Source: Crocinitomicaceae bacterium (GTDB lineage: Bacteria; Bacteroidota; Bacteroidia; Flavobacteriales_D; Crocinitomicaceae). From it: a stretch of 64,000 bases of DNA. A model generated the notes under the pieces. The model was not told the DNA's origin. It saw only the letters and a program-made list of their open reading frames with translations, and made no database searches. Below, piece by piece: positions 18,196 to 27,600 of this stretch. Made by a program: the position numbers and the translations under genes. The stretch spans positions 14,432-78,431 of the forward strand of contig JADJGJ010000005.1 in NCBI GenBank assembly GCA_016708105.1. The letters run 5' to 3'. Numbering within the stretch: position 1 is the first letter of the stretch; every line of letters begins with the position of its first letter.

Positions 18196-18651
18196 ATGAA
18201 TCGTCAACTATCAAAAATCCATTTTATTTTCTGCCTAGTGCTGGGAATCATGATCTCTAGTACAGGCAACACACAGGTCAAAACTACAGACGAAAAAATC
18301 ATTGAATTTTTTGGAACAGTTGAGCAATTTGAAATGCAAAAGCAAAACAATCCGGGCCTTATACTTTTTTTACAAACTCGGGTTACCAAGGGTTTTGCGA
18401 TAATGGAATACAACGAAGAGCGACATCTTGATGCGGTATTAATGGATGATTTTCAAATAAAATCAGGTGGAATTGAAACTACCATTAGTTCAATTGAACT
18501 CATGCAGATGTTCGAGCAGGGAATATTGAATATTCTTTTACTAAAGATTGATATAAGCCAAAAAGAAGATGTTATAATAAAATTGGCAGGAACTGAATTC
18601 GTGTTGGTATTATATTCAGTTGATCACATAAATGGCCTACTTCAAAAATAG
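18196..18651 (+). CDS. Hypothetical secreted protein
   Basis: ATG 18196 gives MNRQLSKIHFIFCLVLGIMISSTGNTQ (signal-like). No family recognised. Confidence 0.5.
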   Translation: MNRQLSKIHFIFCLVLGIMISSTGNTQVKTTDEKIIEFFGTVEQFEMQKQNNPGLILFLQTRVTKGFAIMEYNEERHLDAVLMDDFQIKSGGIETTISSIELMQMFEQGILNILLLKIDISQKEDVIIKLAGTEFVLVLYSVDHINGLLQK

Positions 18652-18702
18652 TGTAGCGGGATTAAAAAAAATTTGGATTTTGACTCAAAAAATTTACTTC
18701 AT

Positions 18703-20340
18703 ATGAGAATAAAAAACTGGATACTAGCTGCAGTTATAATTTTTACAGGAGTTAACTTTAACTATGCTCAAACCTATAACATGGGTAATGGAACAATTAC
18801 TGCGTGTTCAGGTACTTTTTATGATAGTGGTGGTTCAGCAGGAAATTATTTGAGCTCAGAATTCTATACTCAAACAATTTGCTCTGGTACCCCTGGTAAT
18901 CCGGTCATATTGACTTTTACTTCTTTCAGCATTGAAAGTGGATATGATTTTTTAACTATTTATGATGGACCAACAACTGGTTCTCCTATCGTTGGAACCT
19001 ACACTGGTGCTGCCAGTCCCGGAACAATTACGGCGAGTGGTGAGTGTTTAACCCTGGTTTTTTCCTCGGATTTTATAATAGGGTATCCAGGATGGGCAGC
19101 AACAATTTCTTGTTCCACGCCACCTCCTCCACCGTGTGGGACTCCCGTAACTTTTAATTACACGGGAGGTGTTCAAAGCTATACAGTTCCTGCCGGTGTA
19201 ACTAGCCTTACAGTTGTGGTGGAGGGAGCACAAGGTGGTGGTCCTGGTGGATTGGGTGCAACTGTTACAGGAACAATTACTGTTACTCCAGGTCAGACTT
19301 TGCAAATTGTTGTTGGAGGTCAGGGTGGATGCCCTGCCGCAGGTTATGGAGGAGGAGGTTCAGGTCAAAATTCAAGCATTGCAGGATATCAAGGTTGCGG
19401 AGGAGGGGGAGCATCGTACATTTCCGCACCTCCGGGTGGAATGGCTAATGCGTTGATCGTCGCCGGCGGCGGCGGCGGAGACGGTGGCGGTGATGATTAT
19501 GGTGAGGGGGGTTATGGAGGATGTGCTTCAGGTGAAGCGGGGACAAGTCCTTTTGGTGTTGGTGGTGGTGGTGCAACAACTTCTGCAGGCGGAGCTGCTG
19601 GTCCGCCTTGGACTGCAGGAGGTGGATGGGGAGGCGCTGGAACTTTTGGTCAAGGTGGAGTTGGTGGAGTTGATATTAATTATGGCTATGCCCCAGGCGG
19701 CGGCGGCGGCGGCGGATACTATGGCGGCGGCGGCGGCGGTAGTGATAATATCAATATGACTACTCTTATTGGCGGTGGCGGCGGCGGTGGCGGTTCAAGT
19801 TTGGTTCCTTCTGGCGGGGGTTGTAATCCTGGTTCTAACACGGGTAACGGCTCAATCACAATCTACATTCCTACGCCAAACACAATGACCAGTCCAAGCA
19901 CCGCTGCTATTTGTAGTGGCGGAACTGTTAACATTCCTCTTACTAGCACTATTCCAGGTTCAACCTTCACTTGGGTTGCAACAGCAAATGGAAATGTTAC
20001 TGGTGAAAGCACTACTGTTCAAACTGCTTCAACACTAAACAACACCCTCACTAATACAACTTCATCAGTGCAGACAGTTACTTACACGGTTACACCCAGT
20101 TTCGGTGGATGTCCTGGAACGCCACAAACTGTTACAGTTACGGTGAATCCAATACCAACAGTAACCGACCCAGCCAACCAGACACTCTGTGCGAACACGG
20201 CAACTACAGCAGTAACATTCACGGGTACAGCAGGAGCTACATTCAACTGGACAAACAATACACCTTCAATCGGTCTTGCAGCAAGTGGAAGTGGAAACAT
20301 AGCATCATTTACAGCTATTAATGCAGGCACCACCCGGTAA
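18703..20340 (+). CDS. Giant T9SS adhesin, segment 1 of 4: signal peptide, CUB-like domain, glycine-rich domain, first PKD-like repeats
   Basis: ATG 18703 gives MRIKNWILAAVIIFTGVNFNYAQ. A CUB-like stretch follows (CSGTFYDSGG...YDFLTIYDG...LVFSSD), then a Gly-rich block (FNYTGGVQSYTVPAGV...GGGGGGYYGGGGGG). The segment ends at a TAA created by a 1-nt deletion at 20333-20335. Confidence 0.8.
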   Translation: MRIKNWILAAVIIFTGVNFNYAQTYNMGNGTITACSGTFYDSGGSAGNYLSSEFYTQTICSGTPGNPVILTFTSFSIESGYDFLTIYDGPTTGSPIVGTYTGAASPGTITASGECLTLVFSSDFIIGYPGWAATISCSTPPPPPCGTPVTFNYTGGVQSYTVPAGVTSLTVVVEGAQGGGPGGLGATVTGTITVTPGQTLQIVVGGQGGCPAAGYGGGGSGQNSSIAGYQGCGGGGASYISAPPGGMANALIVAGGGGGDGGGDDYGEGGYGGCASGEAGTSPFGVGGGGATTSAGGAAGPPWTAGGGWGGAGTFGQGGVGGVDINYGYAPGGGGGGGYYGGGGGGSDNINMTTLIGGGGGGGGSSLVPSGGGCNPGSNTGNGSITIYIPTPNTMTSPSTAAICSGGTVNIPLTSTIPGSTFTWVATANGNVTGESTTVQTASTLNNTLTNTTSSVQTVTYTVTPSFGGCPGTPQTVTVTVNPIPTVTDPANQTLCANTATTAVTFTGTAGATFNWTNNTPSIGLAASGSGNIASFTAINAGTTR

Positions 20341-21752
20341 CAGCAACTATTACAGTAACACCAACCTTGGGTGGCTGCACGGGCACTGCGCAAACATTTA
20401 CTATTACGGTGAATCCAATACCAACAGTAACCGACCCAGCCAACCAGACACTCTGCGCGAACACGGCAACAACTGCGGTAAACTTCACAGGCGCAATTGC
20501 AGGGACAACATATAACTGGACAAACAATACACCTTCAATCGGTCTAGCAGCAAGCGGCAGTGGAAACATAGCATCATTTACAGCCACCAACGCAGGCACC
20601 ACCCCGGTAACAGCAACTATTACAGTAACACCAACCTTGGCAGGCTGCACGGGCACTGCGCAAACATTTACTATTACGGTGAATCCAATACCAACAGTAA
20701 CCGACCCAGCCAACCAAACACTCTGCGCGAACACAGCAACTACAGCAGTAACATTCACGGGTACAGCAGGAGCTACATTCAACTGGACAAACAATACACC
20801 TTCAATCGGTCTTGCAGCAAGTGGAAGTGGAAACATAGCATCATTTACAGCTATTAATGCAGGCACCACCCCGGTAACAGCAACTATTACAGTAACACCA
20901 ACCTTGGGTGGCTGCACGGGCACTGCGCAAACATTTACTATTACGGTGAATCCAATACCAACAGTAACCGACCCAGCCAACCAGACACTCTGTGCGAACA
21001 CGGCAACTACAGCAGTAACATTCACGGGTACAGCAGGAGCTACATTCAACTGGACAAACAATACACCTTCAATCGGTCTTGCAGCAAGTGGAAGTGGAAA
21101 CATAGCATCATTTACAGCTATTAATGCAGGCACCACCCCGGTAACAGCAACTATTACAGTAACACCAACCTTGGGTGGCTGCACGGGCACTGCGCAAACA
21201 TTTACTATTACGGTGAATCCAATACCAACAGTAACCGACCCAGCCAACCAGACACTCTGCGCGAACACGGCAACAACTGCGGTAAACTTCACAGGCGCAA
21301 TTGCAGGGACAACATATAACTGGACAAACAATACACCTTCAATCGGTCTAGCAGCAAGCGGCAGTGGAAACATAGCATCATTTACAGCCACCAACGCAGG
21401 CACCACCCCGGTAACAGCAACTATTACAGTAACACCAACCTTGGCAGGCTGCACGGGTACTGCGCAAACATTTACCATTACAGTCAACCCAACACCAACA
21501 GTTACAGATCCGGCTGACCAGAGTATTTGTGCAGGAGGATCAACCACGGCGGTGAACTTTACCGGATCGATAGCCGGTACAACATATAACTGGACCAACA
21601 ATAACACCAGTATTGGCCTTGCGGCAAGTGGTACAGGAAATATTGCATCATTTATAGGAGTTAACGGTACTGGAGCTCCAATTACAGCAACAATAACGGT
21701 TACTCCAACCACAGGCGGCTGTACGGGAACACCACAGACTTTTACGATTACA
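20143..21752 (+). repeat. Six near-identical tandem 267/270-bp coding repeats (PKD-like units)
   Basis: Unit starts (GTGAATCC/GTCAACCC) fall at 20143, 20409, 20679, 20946, 21213 and 21483. Two sequence variants (TFTGTAGATF, 267 bp; NFTGAIAGTTY, 270 bp) are interleaved. Confidence 0.9.
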
Positions 21753-23393
21753 GTTACGCCAAATCCAGTGATTGCAGTTGCAGGCACCAACCCAACCATT
21801 TGTACCGGCACAGACGGAACCATAACGATCACGGGATTAGCAGCCAGCACGGCATATAGCGTGAGTTATACAGATGACGGCGTACCTGTTGGACCATTAG
21901 CGATGACCTCTAATGCGGGAGGTTCGATCGTGATAACGGGTCTTAATGCCGGAGCGTACACTAACTTCCAGGTGAGCATGGGATCATGTGTGAGCACGAG
22001 TGCGACGTTGATCACTTTAGTAGATCCAAACCCTCCAATGGTGAACGACCCAGCTGACCAAACACTCTGCGCGAACACGGCAACTACAGCAGTAACATTC
22101 ACGGGTACAGCAGGAGCTACATTCAACTGGACAAACAATACACCTTCAATCGGTCTTGCAGCAAGCGGCAGTGGAAACATAGCATCATTTACAGCTATTA
22201 ATGCAGGCACCACCCCGGTAACGGCAACTATTACAGTAACACCAACCTTGGCAGGCTGCACGGGTACTGCGCAAACATTTACTATTACGGTAAATCCAAT
22301 TCCAACAGTAACTGATCCGGCAGATCAAACTTTGTGTTCAGGCAATGCTACTACAGCGGTAAACTTTACCGGAACAGCGGGAGCAACTTTCAATTGGACG
22401 AATAACAATACAAGTATTGGTCTTGCAGCAAGCGGCAGCGGTAATATAGCATCATTCACAGCCACCAATGCGACAGCGCTTCCCATAACAGCAACTATTA
22501 CTGTAACTCCGGTATTGGGTCCATGTACAGGCACTCCACAAACATTTACTATTACGGTAAACCCAACACCAACGGTGACAGATCCGGCGGACCAGACTTT
22601 GTGTTCTGGCAACGCAACGACAGCGGTGAACTTCACAGGTACAGCGGGAGCCACGTTTAACTGGACGAACAGCAATACAGCGATAGGTTTAGCAGCGAGT
22701 GGCAGCGGTAATATAGCATCATTCACAGCCACCAATGCAACAGCGCTTCCCATAACAGCAACTATTACTGTAACTCCGGTATTGGGCCCATGTACCGGCA
22801 CTCCACAAACATTTACCATTACAGTCAACCCAACACCAACAGTTACAGATCCTGCAGATCAAAGTGTTTGTGCAGGAGGAACAACAACAGCTGTAAACTT
22901 TATGGGTACAGCCGGAGCGACATTTAACTGGACAAACAACAATACAGGCATAGGTCTTGCAGCCAGTGGCACAGGCAATATTGCATCATTTACGGGAATC
23001 AATGGCACAGGTGCGCCAGTAACGGCAACCATTACCGTGACTCCGGTACTTGGACCATGTACAGGTACCCCACAAACATTTACCATTACAGTGAATCCAA
23101 ATCCGGTGATTGCAGTTGCAGGCACCAACCCAACCATTTGTACCGGCACAGACGGAACCATAACGATCACGGGATTAGCAGCCAGTACGGCATATAGCGT
23201 GAGTTATACAGATGACGGCGTACCTGTTGGACCATTAGCGATGACCTCTAATGCGGGAGGATCAATAGTGATAACGGGTCTTAATGCCGGAGCGTACACT
23301 AACTTAAGTGAGCATGGGATCATGTGTGAGCACGAGTGCAACGTTGATCACTTTAGTAGATCCAAACCCTCCAATGGTGAACGATCCAGCTGA
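20367..23393 (+). CDS. Giant T9SS adhesin, segment 2 of 4: PKD-like tandem repeats
   Basis: These are ORF-track coordinates; the frame is actually open from about 20334 and continues the repeat interrupted in segment 1. It consists of 89/90-aa units (NPIPTVTDPANQTLCANTATTAV..NWTNNTPSIGLAASGSGNIASF..TATITVTP..C.GT.QTFTITV). Confidence 0.8.
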   Translation: MGGCTGTAQTFTITVNPIPTVTDPANQTLCANTATTAVNFTGAIAGTTYNWTNNTPSIGLAASGSGNIASFTATNAGTTPVTATITVTPTLAGCTGTAQTFTITVNPIPTVTDPANQTLCANTATTAVTFTGTAGATFNWTNNTPSIGLAASGSGNIASFTAINAGTTPVTATITVTPTLGGCTGTAQTFTITVNPIPTVTDPANQTLCANTATTAVTFTGTAGATFNWTNNTPSIGLAASGSGNIASFTAINAGTTPVTATITVTPTLGGCTGTAQTFTITVNPIPTVTDPANQTLCANTATTAVNFTGAIAGTTYNWTNNTPSIGLAASGSGNIASFTATNAGTTPVTATITVTPTLAGCTGTAQTFTITVNPTPTVTDPADQSICAGGSTTAVNFTGSIAGTTYNWTNNNTSIGLAASGTGNIASFIGVNGTGAPITATITVTPTTGGCTGTPQTFTITVTPNPVIAVAGTNPTICTGTDGTITITGLAASTAYSVSYTDDGVPVGPLAMTSNAGGSIVITGLNAGAYTNFQVSMGSCVSTSATLITLVDPNPPMVNDPADQTLCANTATTAVTFTGTAGATFNWTNNTPSIGLAASGSGNIASFTAINAGTTPVTATITVTPTLAGCTGTAQTFTITVNPIPTVTDPADQTLCSGNATTAVNFTGTAGATFNWTNNNTSIGLAASGSGNIASFTATNATALPITATITVTPVLGPCTGTPQTFTITVNPTPTVTDPADQTLCSGNATTAVNFTGTAGATFNWTNSNTAIGLAASGSGNIASFTATNATALPITATITVTPVLGPCTGTPQTFTITVNPTPTVTDPADQSVCAGGTTTAVNFMGTAGATFNWTNNNTGIGLAASGTGNIASFTGINGTGAPVTATITVTPVLGPCTGTPQTFTITVNPNPVIAVAGTNPTICTGTDGTITITGLAASTAYSVSYTDDGVPVGPLAMTSNAGGSIVITGLNAGAYTNLSEHGIMCEHECNVDHFSRSKPSNGERSS

Positions 23394-24627
23394 CCAAACA
23401 CTCTGCGCAAGCACGGCAACTACAGCAGTAACATTCACGGGTACAGCAGGAGCTACATTCAACTGGACAAACAATACGCCTTCAATCGGTCTTGCAGCAA
23501 GTGGAAGTGGAAACATAGCATCATTTACAGCTATTAATGCAGGCACCACCCCGGTAACGGCAACTATTACAGTAACACCAACCTTGGCAGGCTGCACGGG
23601 TACTGCGCAAACATTTACTATTACGGTAAATCCAATACCAACGCTAACCGATCCAGCGGATCAAACCCTTTGTGCAAACACGGCAACCACAGCAGTAACA
23701 TTTGTAGGTACCGCAGGAGCAACTTTCAACTGGACGAATAACAATACAAGTATTGGTCTTGCAGCAAGCGGCAGTGGTGATATCGCTTCGTTTACGGGAT
23801 TAAATCCAACACCTGGAACAACAGCAACCGCGACTATCACAGTAACCCCGGTATTAAGTGGATGCAGTGGTACTCCACAAACATTTACCATCAGTGTAAT
23901 TAATACCCTTCCAACGCTGACATGTCCGGGTAACCTCACGGCTGTATGTTCAATTACAGAACAACCGGCTTATGCAAACTATGCTGCATTTGTGGCAGCG
24001 GGAGGTTCATCCTCATCGGTGGGAGGCACCATCAATACGGCAAGTTTTACTTTGGTGAGCGAAGTATCAGATGGCAATACTTGTCCTGAAACAGTAACAA
24101 GGACATATAGTATACAAGATGATTGTGGCAGTACGGCAACGTGTACTCAAACTATTGTGATTAATGACAATATTAACCCAACAGCCACGGCCCCGGCAAA
24201 CATCACGGTTGAGTGCATAGGTGATGTTCCGGCCGCAGACCCAACGTTGATTACCGATGAAGCGGACAACTGTTCAGTACCGACAGTAGCTTTTGTAAGT
24301 GATGCAAGCGATGGCAACACCTGCCCCGAGACCATAACAAGAACTTATTCAATCACGGATGCATGTGGAAACACCATCACGGTAACACAAACAATCGTGG
24401 TAGATGATACAACTAATCCGACAGCATCAAACCCGTCAAGTATAACAGTTCCCGGAGGCCCAGCCCCGGCGCCGGATCCAACGGTTGTTGTAGATGAGGC
24501 AGACAACTGCACACTGAACCCAACGGTAGCCTTTGTAAGTGATGTAACGGACGGCAACTTGTGTCCTGAGACTATTACAAGAACGTATAGTGTAACGGAC
24601 AATTGCGGGGCAATCAAATTACGGTAA
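23308..24627 (+). CDS. Giant T9SS adhesin, segment 3 of 4
   Basis: It resumes the frame lost at about 23305 (VSMGSCVSTSATL..., as in the intact copy at 21970). It contains further PKD-like units and the first Cys-containing ~80-aa units (CPETITRTYS.TD.CGN). Confidence 0.8.
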   Translation: MSMGSCVSTSATLITLVDPNPPMVNDPADQTLCASTATTAVTFTGTAGATFNWTNNTPSIGLAASGSGNIASFTAINAGTTPVTATITVTPTLAGCTGTAQTFTITVNPIPTLTDPADQTLCANTATTAVTFVGTAGATFNWTNNNTSIGLAASGSGDIASFTGLNPTPGTTATATITVTPVLSGCSGTPQTFTISVINTLPTLTCPGNLTAVCSITEQPAYANYAAFVAAGGSSSSVGGTINTASFTLVSEVSDGNTCPETVTRTYSIQDDCGSTATCTQTIVINDNINPTATAPANITVECIGDVPAADPTLITDEADNCSVPTVAFVSDASDGNTCPETITRTYSITDACGNTITVTQTIVVDDTTNPTASNPSSITVPGGPAPAPDPTVVVDEADNCTLNPTVAFVSDVTDGNLCPETITRTYSVTDNCGAIKLR

Positions 24628-27600
24628 CGCAATTAATTTTGATTACTGATCCAATCATGCCAACGGCGTCAAATCCGGCTCCTGTTACAGTAGAATGTAT
24701 AGCAGATGTACCAGCACCGGACCCAACGGTGGTGATAGATGAGGCGGACAATAATGGAGTACCGACCGTTGCATTTGTGAGTGATGTATCAGATGGATTA
24801 ACTTGTCCAGAGACGATCACAAGAACGTATTCAGTAACGGACAACTGTGCCAATGTAATCACAGTAACACAAACTATTACGGTGAATGATATCACTAACC
24901 CAACGGGGACAGCCCCGGCAAATATTACTGTTCAGTGTATAGCAGACGTACCGGCGGCTGATGTAACGTTGATTAACGATGAAGCAGACAACTGCACAGC
25001 AAATCCGGATGTACAATTTGTGAGTGATGTGTCAGATGGTAATACTTGTCCTGAGACTATTACAAGAACGTATAGCATCACGGACGATTGTGGCAACAGT
25101 ATCAACGTAACCCAAACAATCGTTGTTGATGATACCACCAACCCAACCGCCACCGCCCCGGCAAACATCACGGTTCAATGTATAGCTGATGTACCTGTAT
25201 CTGACCCGACATTGATTACCGATGAAGCGGACAACTGTTCAGTACCGACAGTAGCTTTTGTAAGTGATGCAAGCGATGGCAACACCTGCCCCGAGACCAT
25301 AACAAGAACTTATTCAATCACGGATGCATGTGGAAACACCATCACGGTAACACAAACAATCGTGGTAGATGATACAACTAATCCGACAGCATCAAACCCG
25401 TCAAGTATAACAGTTCCCGGAGGCCCAGCCCCGGCGCCGGATCCAACGGTTGTTGTAGATGAGGCAGACAACTGCACGCTGAACCCAACAGTAGCCTTTG
25501 TGAGTGATGTAACAGATGGCAACTTGTGTCCAGAGACGATTACAAGAACGTATAGTGTAACGGACAATTGTGGTAATCAAATCACGGTAACCCAATTAAT
25601 TTTGATTACCGACCCAATCATGCCAACGGCGTCAAATCCTGCCCCTGTAACGGTAGAATGTATAGGTGATGTACCGGCAGCGGATCCAACGGTGGTGATA
25701 GATGAGGCGGACAATAACGGAGTACCGACAGTAGCCTTTGTGAGTGATGTATCAGATGGCAACACATGCCCAGAGACTATTACAAGAACGTACTCAGTAA
25801 CGGATGCATGCGCCAACGTGATACTGGTAACACAAACTATCACGGTGAACGATATTACTAACCCAACAGGAACCGCACCGGCGAACGTTACGGTGCAATG
25901 TATAGCTGATGTACCAGTGTCGGATGTCACCTTGATAACTGATGAGGCAGACAATTGCACGGCAAACCCGGTTGTAGCCTTTGTGAGTGATGTATCAGAT
26001 GGTAATACCTGTCCTGAGACCATTACAAGAACGTATAGTATCACGGATGATTGCGGAAACACGATCAACGTGACACAGACCATCGTGGTGGATGATACCA
26101 CCAATCCAACAGCGACAGCACCGGCAAACATTACCGTTCAGTGCATAGCAGATGTCCCTGCAGCAGACCCGACCTTGATTACCGATGAAGCGGACAACTG
26201 CTCAGTTCCAACAGTAGCTTTTGTAAGTGATGCAAGTGATGGCAATACTTGTCCTGAGACAATCACAAGAACGTACTCAATCACGGATGCATGCGGCAAC
26301 ATGATCACGGTAACCCAAACAATAGTTGTAGATGATACAACTAACCCGACAGCGTCAAACCCTGCAAGTGTAACAGTTCCCGGCGGACCTGTCCCGGCCC
26401 CGGACCCGACGGTGGTGATAGATGAGGCAGACAACTGCACGCTGAACCCAACGGTAGCCTTTGTAAGTGATGTAACGGACGGCAACTTGTGTCCTGAGAC
26501 TATTACCAGAACGTATAGTGTAACGGACAATTGCGGCAATCAAATTACGGTAACGCAAACCATTTTGATTACTGATCCAATCATGCCAACGGCGTCAAAT
26601 CCGGCTCCTGTTACAGTAGAATGTATAGCAGATGTACCGGCAGCAGACCCAACAGTAGTGATAGATGAGGCGGACAATAATGGAGTACCGACCGTTGCAT
26701 TTGTGAGTGATGTATCAGATGGATTAACTTGTCCTGAGACGATCACAAGAACGTATTCAGTAACGGATGCCTGTGCTAACCAAATCATGGTAACACAACA
26801 AATCATGGTGAATGATATTACTAACCCAACGGGGACAGCCCCGGCAAATATTACTGTTCAGTGTATAGCAGACGTACCGGCAGCTGATGTAACGTTGATT
26901 ACCGATGAAGCAGACAACTGCACGGCAAATCCGGATGTACAATTTGTGAGTGATGTATCAGATGGGAATACTTGTCCAGAGACTATTACAAGAACCTATA
27001 GTATCACGGACGATTGCTCAAATACGATCAACGTAACACAGACCATCGTTGTTGATGACACCACCAACCCAACCGCCACGGCCCCGGCAAACATAACGGT
27101 TGAGTGCATAGGCGATGTCCCTGCAGCAGACCCAACCTTGATTACCGATGAAGCAGACAATTGCACAGCAAATCCAACGGTAGCCTTTGTAAGTGATGTA
27201 AGCGATGGCAACACTTGTCCTGAGACCATTACAAGAACCTATAGTATTACGGATGACTGTGGCAATACGATCACAGTAACGCAAACTATTGTTGTAGATG
27301 ATACAACCAATCCAACGGCATCAAACCCGGCAAGCATAACAGTTCCCGGCGGTCCTGCCCCGGCGCCGGATCCAACGGTTGTTGTAGATGAGGCAGACAA
27401 CTGCACGCTGAACCCAACGGTAGCTTTTGTAAGTGATGTAACGGACGGCAACTTGTGTCCGGAGACTATTACAAGAACATATAGTGTAACGGACAATTGC
27501 GGCAATCAAATTACGGTAACGCAATTAATTTTGATTACTGATCCAATCATGCCAACGGCGTCAAATCCGGCTCCTGTTACAGTAGAATGTATAGCAGATG

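Noticed and set aside
20318-21850. A 510-aa antisense ORF, plus many other 60-190-aa antisense ORFs across 20.0-29.7 kb (for example 21866-22261, 22325-22828, 25577-26131 and 28790-29188).
   Set aside because: They lie opposite the adhesin repeats. The sense strand is dominated by ACN/GCN/GTN/AAY codons, so the antisense frames simply lack stops. The predicted proteins are low-complexity V/A/G/T strings with the same periodicity as the repeats. They have no independent starts, signals or terminators.
20333-24610. Programmed phase variation of the adhesin through homopolymer slippage (C3/C4 and G2/G4).
   Set aside because: The tracts are far shorter than the 7 nt or more typical of contingency loci. 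The second lesion is not in a homopolymer. Three independent switches in one gene would almost never all be ON. Consensus error in the repeats or plain decay is more parsimonious.
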